From a virus (lineage: Duplodnaviria; Heunggongvirae; Uroviricota; Caudoviricetes), in IMG/VR virus record IMGVR_UViG_2579778652_000001, positions 1-9,804 of that record: a stretch of DNA of 9,804 bases, one strand, 5' to 3'. This document shows, in pieces, positions 1 to 6,313 of this stretch. How positions within the stretch are numbered: position 1 is the stretch's first letter; every line of letters starts with the position of its first letter. Both the position numbers and the translations under genes were made by a program. The notes under the pieces are model-generated. The model was not told the origin of the DNA. It did not search any database and saw only the letters and a list, made by a program, of their open reading frames with translations.

Positions 1-861
1 AGCCCCAATACTCCAATCACCAAATGGTCTGATGTTGCGCAGACGGCATCTTTCCTGAAAGACCTCGGCGTTAATGAAGGTGAAAACTATGCTGTAATGG
101 ATCCATGGTCTGCACAGCGACTTGCTGATGCGCAGACTGGTTTGCACGCTTCAGATCAATTGGTTCGTACTGCATGGGAGAATGCACAGATCCCAACCAA
201 TTTTGGCGGCATTCGCGCACTGATGTCTAATGGGCTTGCCTCTCGTACGCAGGGGGCATTTGGCGGAACACTGACAGTCAAAACACAGCCAACTGTTACC
301 TATAACGCAGTTAAAGACTCATACCAGTTCACTGTAACATTGACCGGAGCGACAGCCAGCGTTACAGGTTTTCTGAAAGCTGGTGATCAGGTTAAATTCA
401 CCAATACCTACTGGCTGCAACAGCAGACCAAACAGGCGTTGTATAACGGAGCCACACCAATTAGCTTCACTGCAACGGTTACTGCTGATGCTAATTCAGA
501 CAGCAGTGGCGATGTGACGGTTACGCTTTCTGGTGTTCCGATTTATGACACTACAAACCCGCAGTACAACTCTGTAAGTCGTCAGGTAGCGGCAGGCGAT
601 GCCGTATCTGTAGTAGGCACTGCTAGCCAGACAATGAAGCCAAACCTGTTCTATAACAAGTTCTTCTGTGGACTTGGCTCTATCCCACTGCCGAAACTGC
701 ACAGTATTGATTCTGCTGTTGCAACATATGAAGGTTTCTCCATCCGCGTACATAAATACGCAGATGGCGATGCCAACGTGCAAAAAATGCGCTTTGACTT
801 ACTGCCTGCATATGTGTGCTTTAACCCTCACATGGGCGGTCAGTTCTTCGGTAATCCGTAA
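1..861 (+). CDS. Major capsid (coat) protein, C-terminal ~287 codons; 5' end lies upstream of the window
   Basis: The reading frame of the 97..861 ORF stays open back to nt 1 (32 sense codons, no stop), so M97 is internal. Stop TAA at 859-861. The stretch QFTVTLTGATASVTGFLKAGDQVKF resembles the inserted I-domain region of the P22 coat protein as I recall it ([26 protein letters not shown]). It sits immediately upstream of a gp4-like gene and is followed by a strong hairpin terminator, as expected for a highly expressed coat gene. Confidence 0.85.
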   Translation, partial: SPNTPITKWSDVAQTASFLKDLGVNEGENYAVMDPWSAQRLADAQTGLHASDQLVRTAWENAQIPTNFGGIRALMSNGLASRTQGAFGGTLTVKTQPTVTYNAVKDSYQFTVTLTGATASVTGFLKAGDQVKFTNTYWLQQQTKQALYNGATPISFTATVTADANSDSSGDVTVTLSGVPIYDTTNPQYNSVSRQVAAGDAVSVVGTASQTMKPNLFYNKFFCGLGSIPLPKLHSIDSAVATYEGFSIRVHKYADGDANVQKMRFDLLPAYVCFNPHMGGQFFGNP

Positions 862-865
862 TAAC

Positions 866-892
866 AAGGGGCTTACGCCCCTTTTATGTTTT
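866..892 (+). terminator. Rho-independent terminator/attenuator just downstream of the coat gene
   Basis: Perfect 7-bp stem AAGGGGC (866-872) / GCCCCTT (877-883) with 4-nt loop TTAC, followed by a T-rich tract TTTATGTTTT, beginning 5 nt after the coat stop codon. Confidence 0.6.
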
Positions 893-903
893 AAGGAAAC
901 AAT

Positions 904-1089
904 ATGGATCGCATGAGTGTATTCCTTGCCGCAGATAACGAATCCGGGCATGTACAGGCCGTTATCGCAGAAAAAGACTTCCAGTTTTTCGAAAAGTTGG
1001 GCTTTGTTGCCTCAGTTGATGAATTGAAACCGACCAGTAAGCGAGGTCGTAAGGCGGCAGACAATGGCAACAGTACTGACAAAGGGTGA
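904..1089 (+). CDS. Small hypothetical protein (61 aa), acidic N-terminus and basic C-terminal tail
   Basis: ATG at 904 is preceded by AAGGA with about 6 nt spacing, directly after the terminator. A small ORF between coat and the gp4 homolog is common in P22-like genomes. Its 3' end overlaps the gp4-like start by 26 nt in another frame. No recognisable motif. Confidence 0.45.
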   Translation: MDRMSVFLAADNESGHVQAVIAEKDFQFFEKLGFVASVDELKPTSKRGRKAADNGNSTDKG

Positions 1090-1546
1090 GATCGTCCTTT
1101 TTGCGCTTCGTAAGTTTGCTATTGCTTCTAATGCATCGCTGACTGATGTTGAGCCGCAATCAATTGAAGATGGTGTAAATGATCTGGAAGATATGATGTC
1201 CGAGTGGATGATTAACCCCGGCGACATTGGTTACGCTTTCGCAACTGGAGATGAGCAGCCATTACCAGATGATGAGTCAGGTCTTCCAAGAAAATACAAA
1301 CACGCAGTAGGCTATCAGTTATTGCTGAGAATGCTATCTGATTACAGCCTTGAGCCAACTCCGCAAGTTCTCAGTAACGCCCAACGCTCATATGATGCCT
1401 TGATGACCGACACTCTGGTTGTTCCTTCAATGCGACGACGTGGAGATTTTCCTGTAGGGCAGGGTAATAAATATGACGTGTTCACATCTGACCGATATTA
1501 TCCAGGCGATATCCCTCTGATTGATGGCGATATCCCAAACGCATAG
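1064..1546 (+). CDS. 4: Head completion / portal-binding tail adaptor protein (P22 gp4-like), 160 aa
   Basis: N-terminal motifs TKGEIVLFALRKF...ASLTDVEPQS...DLEDMMSEW match my recollection of P22 gp4 (TKGDLVRAALRK...TLTDVEPQS...DLEAMMAEW). Size is close to P22 gp4 (~166 aa) and the position between coat and the gp10 homolog is syntenic. Confidence 0.85.
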   Translation: MATVLTKGEIVLFALRKFAIASNASLTDVEPQSIEDGVNDLEDMMSEWMINPGDIGYAFATGDEQPLPDDESGLPRKYKHAVGYQLLLRMLSDYSLEPTPQVLSNAQRSYDALMTDTLVVPSMRRRGDFPVGQGNKYDVFTSDRYYPGDIPLIDGDIPNA

Positions 1547-1554
1547 GTGAATAA

Positions 1555-2973
1555 ATGCCTATTCAGCAACTTCCGCTTATGAAAGGTGTCGGCAAAGACT
1601 TTAGAAACGCCGACTATATCGACTATCTGCCAGTGAATATGTTGGCTACACCCAAAGAAATCCTGAACAGCAGCGGATATCTTCGCTCATTCCCGGGCAT
1701 TGCCAAACGTTCTGATGTGAACGGCGTATCGCGCGGAGTTGAGTACAACATGGCGCAGAATGCTGTTTATCGCGTGTGTGGCGGCAAGCTGTACAAAGGA
1801 GAAAGTGAAGTCGGTGATGTTGCCGGAAGTGGTCGCGTATCAATGGCGCATGGTCGGACATCGCAGGCGGTAGGCGTTAATGGTCAACTTTTCGAGTATC
1901 GCTATGATGGCACGGTTAAAACCGTCTCAAACTGGCCTACAGACAGCGGATTCACACAGTACGAGTTAGGTTCAGTTCGCGACATTACGCGCTTACGTGG
2001 TCGTTATGCGTGGTCAAAAGAAGGCACTGATTCATGGTTTATCACTGACCTTGAAGACGAATCGCATCCTGACCGTTACAGCGCACAATATCGCGCAGAA
2101 TCGCAGCCGGACGGCATCATCGGTATCGGCACATGGCGAGACTTCATCGTCTGCTTTGGTTCATCGACGATTGAATATTTCTCCCTGACGGGGGCAACCA
2201 CCGTTGGTGCTGCTTTGTATGTCGCACAGCCATCGCTGATGGTGCAAAAAGGCATCGCCGGGACTTACTGCAAAACGCCATTCGCTGATTCTTATGCGTT
2301 CATCAGCAATCCGGCAACAGGTGCTCCGTCTGTATACATCATCGGATCCGGCCAGGTGTCACCAATCGCCAGCGCGAGCATTGAGAAAATCCTCCGCTCC
2401 TACACTGCTGATGAACTGGCTGATGGTGTGATGGAATCGTTGCGGTTCGATGCGCATGAACTGCTGATTATCCATCTTCCGCGCCATGTCCTGGTATACG
2501 ACGCATCTTCAAGCGCTAATGGTCCGCAATGGTGTGTGCTGAAAACAGGCCTGTATGACGATGTGTACCGCGCTATCGACTTCATTTACGAAGGCAATCA
2601 GATAACGTGCGGCGATAAGCTGGAATCGGTTACTGGCAAATTGCAGTTCGATATCAGCAGCCAGTATGGGCTTCAACAGGAACACCTGCTGTTTACTCCA
2701 CTGTTCAAAGCGGATAACGCCAGATGCTTCGATCTGGAGGTGGAATCATCCACTGGCGTAGCTCAGTACGCCGACCGCCTGTTCCTCTCTGCAACCACTG
2801 ACGGCATAAATTACGGACGTGAGCAGATGATTGAACAGAATGAACCGTTCGTTTACGACAAACGTGTTTTGTGGAAGCGAGTCGGGCGCATCAGGAAAAA
2901 TGTCGGCTTCAAATTGCGCGTTATCACGAAGTCACCTGTCACTCTGTCTGGCGCTCAGATAAGGATTGAGTAA
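1555..2973 (+). CDS. 10: Tail hub / head completion protein (P22 gp10-like), 472 aa
   Basis: Length is exactly that of P22 gp10 (472 aa) and the position follows the gp4-like gene. RBS AGGTGA lies 5 nt upstream of the ATG. The stop overlaps the next start in a TAATG junction. Confidence 0.88.
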   Translation: MPIQQLPLMKGVGKDFRNADYIDYLPVNMLATPKEILNSSGYLRSFPGIAKRSDVNGVSRGVEYNMAQNAVYRVCGGKLYKGESEVGDVAGSGRVSMAHGRTSQAVGVNGQLFEYRYDGTVKTVSNWPTDSGFTQYELGSVRDITRLRGRYAWSKEGTDSWFITDLEDESHPDRYSAQYRAESQPDGIIGIGTWRDFIVCFGSSTIEYFSLTGATTVGAALYVAQPSLMVQKGIAGTYCKTPFADSYAFISNPATGAPSVYIIGSGQVSPIASASIEKILRSYTADELADGVMESLRFDAHELLIIHLPRHVLVYDASSSANGPQWCVLKTGLYDDVYRAIDFIYEGNQITCGDKLESVTGKLQFDISSQYGLQQEHLLFTPLFKADNARCFDLEVESSTGVAQYADRLFLSATTDGINYGREQMIEQNEPFVYDKRVLWKRVGRIRKNVGFKLRVITKSPVTLSGAQIRIE

Positions 2974-3821
2974 TGGCGGATTCGAATCTCAATGTGCCGG
3001 TAATCATTCAGGCTACACGGCTCGACACATCAGTCCTTCCACGCAATATCTTCTCGCAGTCGTATCTGCTGTACGTTATCGCACAGGGTACTGATGTTGG
3101 TAACGTGGCGAACAAGGCCAACGAGGCCGGACAGGGCGCTTATGACGCACAAGTCAGGAACGATGAGCAGGATGTGATTCTCGCTGACCATGAGCAGCGA
3201 ATTTCTGCTGCGGAAGCAACGCTTGTTAATCATGAGGAGCGAATCAGCCAGGCAGAATCAACTCTTCAGGAACATGAAACACGAATAGCGCAGAATGAAA
3301 GCGATATTGCGTCGCTTGATACCAGAGTTCAGTCGCTGGAGTCGCAGGTTTCAGACCATGAAACGCGCATTGATGCTCTGGAGTATGCAACAACGCGCAA
3401 GAAGTCAGAGGTTGTTTACTCTGGCGTATCAGTAACCATTCCGACAGCGCCGACCAACCTTGTTAGCCTGCTGAAAACGCTCACGCCGTCATCAGGCTCG
3501 TTGGCACCATTCTTCGACACCGTTAACAACAAGATGGTTGTGTTCAACGAGAACAAAACCCTGCTCTTCAAGTTGTCGATTGTCGGCACGTGGCCCAGCG
3601 GAACCTCCAACAGGTCAATGCAGCTAACCTTTTCCGGCTCTGTTCCTGACACACTGGTCAGCAGTCGTAATGCGGCGACAACAACCGACAACATCCTGTT
3701 AGCTACGTTCTTCAGCGTGGATAAAGACGGCTTTCTTGCCACAAATGGCAGTACGTTAACTATTCAGTCAAATGGTGCGGCGTTTACTGCCACAACCATC
3801 AAGATAATCGCGGAGCAGTAA
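2973..3821 (+). CDS. 26: Tail needle / cell-envelope-penetrating plug (P22 gp26-like N-terminus and coiled coil, with an extended non-P22 C-terminal domain), 282 aa
   Basis: N-terminus [67 protein letters not shown] matches the recalled P22 gp26 N-terminus ([43 protein letters not shown]...). It is followed by 14-residue periodic repeats [14 protein letters not shown] / [14 protein letters not shown] / HETRIAQNE...HETRIDALE typical of the trimeric coiled-coil shaft. The C-terminal ~130 aa (from about [12 protein letters not shown]) is not P22-like. TAATG overlaps at both ends. Confidence 0.85.
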   Translation: MADSNLNVPVIIQATRLDTSVLPRNIFSQSYLLYVIAQGTDVGNVANKANEAGQGAYDAQVRNDEQDVILADHEQRISAAEATLVNHEERISQAESTLQEHETRIAQNESDIASLDTRVQSLESQVSDHETRIDALEYATTRKKSEVVYSGVSVTIPTAPTNLVSLLKTLTPSSGSLAPFFDTVNNKMVVFNENKTLLFKLSIVGTWPSGTSNRSMQLTFSGSVPDTLVSSRNAATTTDNILLATFFSVDKDGFLATNGSTLTIQSNGAAFTATTIKIIAEQ

Positions 3822-4276
3822 TGATTCAGTTCAAACCAACGCGAAACATCGACCTGATCGAAGCAGTCGGAAATCACCCTGACATTATTGCCGGGAGCAA
3901 CAACGGTGATGGATACGACTACAAACCTGATTGCCGTTACTTTGAGGTGAACGTGCACGGGCAGTTCGGCGGCATTGTTTACTATCAGGAGATTCAGCCG
4001 CTTACATTCGATTGCCACGCCATGTACCTGCCAGAGGTTCGTGGATTCAGCAAGGAAATCGGGCTGGCGTTCTGGCGATACATTCTGACTAACACCACCG
4101 TTCAGTGCATCACATCGTTCGCTGCACGCAAATTCCGCCACGGGCAGATGTACTGCGCAATGATTGGCCTTAAGCGTGTAGGAACCATCAAGAAATACTT
4201 CAAAGGCGTGGATGACGTGACGTTTTACAGCGCCACACGCGAAGAACTAATCGACTTCCTGAATCACGGGAGATAG
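3821..4276 (+). CDS. 14: Head assembly protein (P22 gp14-like), 151 aa
   Basis: Position between needle and first ejection protein matches P22 gene order. Start is coupled to the needle stop (TAATG). Size is comparable to P22 gp14 (~170 aa). Confidence 0.75.
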   Translation: MIQFKPTRNIDLIEAVGNHPDIIAGSNNGDGYDYKPDCRYFEVNVHGQFGGIVYYQEIQPLTFDCHAMYLPEVRGFSKEIGLAFWRYILTNTTVQCITSFAARKFRHGQMYCAMIGLKRVGTIKKYFKGVDDVTFYSATREELIDFLNHGR

Positions 4277-4278
4277 CC

Positions 4279-4971
4279 ATGTTATATGCATTTAAGCTGG
4301 GCAGAAAACTGCGCGGCGAGGAACCTTATTGCCCTGAAAAAGGCGGGAAAGGTGGCAGCTCTGATAAAAGCGCAAAGTATGCAGCAGAAGCTCAGAAGTA
4401 TGCCGCAGACCTGCAAAATCAGCAGTGGCAGACGATCATGAAAAACCTTGCTCCGTTCACGCCGCTTGCGGAGCAGTATGTTAACCAGCTTCAGAATCTT
4501 TCCAGTTTAGAAGGTCAGGGGCAGGCACTTAATCAGTATTACAACTCTCAGCAGTATAAAGACCTTGCAGGTCAGGCGCGTTACCAGAGTCTTGCTGCTG
4601 CGGAGGCGACTGGTGGACTTGGTTCGACAGCTACAAGCAATCAACTGGCTACGATCGCGCCGACACTCGGTCAGTCTTGGTTATCAAATCAGATGAGCAA
4701 TTACAACAATCTGGCAAACGTTGGGCTTGGTGCGCTGCAAGGTCAGGCAAACGCTGGGCAGACATACGCCAACAACATGAGCAGCATTGCACAGCAAAGC
4801 GCAGCACTTGCCGCTGCTAATGCCAATAAACCATCAAGTCTTCAAACTGCAATTAGCGGTGGCACGTCTGGTGCGATTGCCGGTGCAGGTCTTGCCAGCC
4901 TTTTGGGAACATCAACGCCTTGGGGCGCTGGCATTGGTGCTGGTATCGGATTGCTTGGCTCGTTGTTTTAA
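4279..4971 (+). CDS. 7: Ejection (E) protein, P22 gp7-like, 230 aa
   Basis: Size is almost identical to P22 gp7 (229 aa). N-terminus MLYAFKLGRKLRGEE and the Gly/Ala-rich hydrophobic C-terminus (GAIAGAGLASLLGTSTPWGAGIGAGIGLLGSLF) match my recollection of gp7. GGGAG RBS lies 6 nt upstream. Confidence 0.85.
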   Translation: MLYAFKLGRKLRGEEPYCPEKGGKGGSSDKSAKYAAEAQKYAADLQNQQWQTIMKNLAPFTPLAEQYVNQLQNLSSLEGQGQALNQYYNSQQYKDLAGQARYQSLAAAEATGGLGSTATSNQLATIAPTLGQSWLSNQMSNYNNLANVGLGALQGQANAGQTYANNMSSIAQQSAALAAANANKPSSLQTAISGGTSGAIAGAGLASLLGTSTPWGAGIGAGIGLLGSLF

Positions 4972-4981
4972 GGGGGTAATC

Positions 4982-6313
4982 ATGGCTACTTGGCAAGGAA
5001 CAAACGGCGGATTGTTGGCTGGTATCGGCGGCGTCAACTCAAACGCTCCGAGCGTAAATGACATCGGAAATACGCTTCAGCTTATCAGGCGGAACAATGA
5101 TATTGAGCGTTCAGGCGCTAACAATGTTGGGCTGACTGCTTTGCAAGGCCTTTCAGGTATTGCGGGGGTGTTTCAGCAGGAAAAGCAGGCTCAGCGGCAG
5201 AAAGAATTTCAGCAGGCATACGCTAATGCTTATGCGTCTGGTGATCGCGGTGCTTTGCGTCAGTTGGCTACTCAATATCCAGACCAGATTGAATCCGTTC
5301 GTAAAGGCATGGGATTCATTGATGAAGACCAGCGTAATTCTATCGGCACCTTAGCGGCCGGCGCACGCCTTGCGTCATCGTCTCCAGAAGCAATGCAATC
5401 ATGGCTGCAAAACAACGCCGGTGAGTTAGCTCGTGTTGGCGTTAATCCTCATGACGTCGCTCAGATGTACCAACAGAACCCGCGGCAGTTCGGCGAATTT
5501 GTCGATCACCTGGGGATGAACAGTCTCGGGCCCGAAAAATACTTTGACCTACAGGATAAAATGCAGGGTCGACAGGTTACCATGCGCGGTCAGGATCTGG
5601 ATTCGCAAACCGCCGCTCGGAATCAGGCAATCACAATGCGCGGACAAGATATCCAGGCGAATTTAGGTCAGCAGCGCATTAATCTGGACGCAGAAACAAA
5701 CCGCATTAACAACGAAAATAAGCGCCTTGACCGGATGCTATCAGCAGAAACTAACGACCTGAAGCGCCAGGAAATACAGAGCCGCATAGCAGCCAACAAC
5801 CAGCAGTTGCAGCAGAAGCAGCAAGCGCTAAATGATGGCTACAAAGACGGCATCAACACCCTCACAACCAGCATGTTCACTCTGAACGATATCGTTAGTT
5901 CTCCTTCACTTAAGAGCATTACAGGCTTACGTGGAGTAATCCCCAACGTTCCAGGCTCACAGGCTGCAGACACTCAGGCACGACTTGATACCTTTAAATC
6001 CCAAGCATACCTGACAGCGGTTCAGGCCATGCGAGGCATGGGCGCACTTTCTGATGCCGAGGGCAAAAAGCTCGACCAGGCTGTTGGTTCGCTGCAGAAC
6101 TCGCAGAGCGAGGAGTCCTTTCGTCGCAACGCTGGCGTCATCCTGAACACGCTCAACCAGAAGCGTAATGAGGCGGTTGGTAAGTACGTTCAGCAAAACG
6201 GTATCAAGCGAGTGGAAGCGCCTCAGGCTTCTATAGATTACCTGAAGCAGCACCCCGAGCTGTCAATCGACTTCATTAATCGCTACGGATATCTTCCATC
6301 TTTGGGGCAGTAA
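4982..6313 (+). CDS. 20: Ejection (E) protein, P22 gp20-like, 443 aa
   Basis: Start chosen at ATG 4982 (MATWQGTNGG...), preceded by AAGGGGG with 5 nt spacing and lying 10 nt after the gp7-like stop. The longer ORF-track start at 4787 would overlap the gp7-like gene by 185 nt and has no RBS. Size is close to P22 gp20 (471 aa). Central region is Q/N/R-rich with predicted coiled-coil character. Confidence 0.8.
   Translation: MATWQGTNGGLLAGIGGVNSNAPSVNDIGNTLQLIRRNNDIERSGANNVGLTALQGLSGIAGVFQQEKQAQRQKEFQQAYANAYASGDRGALRQLATQYPDQIESVRKGMGFIDEDQRNSIGTLAAGARLASSSPEAMQSWLQNNAGELARVGVNPHDVAQMYQQNPRQFGEFVDHLGMNSLGPEKYFDLQDKMQGRQVTMRGQDLDSQTAARNQAITMRGQDIQANLGQQRINLDAETNRINNENKRLDRMLSAETNDLKRQEIQSRIAANNQQLQQKQQALNDGYKDGINTLTTSMFTLNDIVSSPSLKSITGLRGVIPNVPGSQAADTQARLDTFKSQAYLTAVQAMRGMGALSDAEGKKLDQAVGSLQNSQSEESFRRNAGVILNTLNQKRNEAVGKYVQQNGIKRVEAPQASIDYLKQHPELSIDFINRYGYLPSLGQ

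Noticed and set aside
97-861. ORF-track call of a complete 254-aa gene starting at M97
   Set aside because: The frame is open back to nt 1 and coat proteins of this family are about 420-430 aa; M97 is an internal methionine of a 5'-truncated coat gene.
496-916. Overlapping ORFs inside the coat gene (496-783 on -, 668-916 on +)
   Set aside because: Both are embedded in or out of frame with the coat coding sequence, are Cys/His-rich with an odd composition, and lack start signals.
3416-4141. Antisense ORFs of 108 and 125 aa (3416-3742 and 3764-4141, - strand)
   Set aside because: They lie entirely opposite the well-supported needle and gp14-like genes, with no RBS and no motif; typical chance ORFs on the antisense strand.
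4787-4981. N-terminal extension of the gp20-like ORF (start at 4787, MHSKAQHL...) overlapping the gp7-like gene
   Set aside because: It would overlap the well-supported gp7-like gene by 185 nt and has no RBS, whereas ATG 4982 has a strong AAGGGGG SD and begins right after the gp7-like stop.
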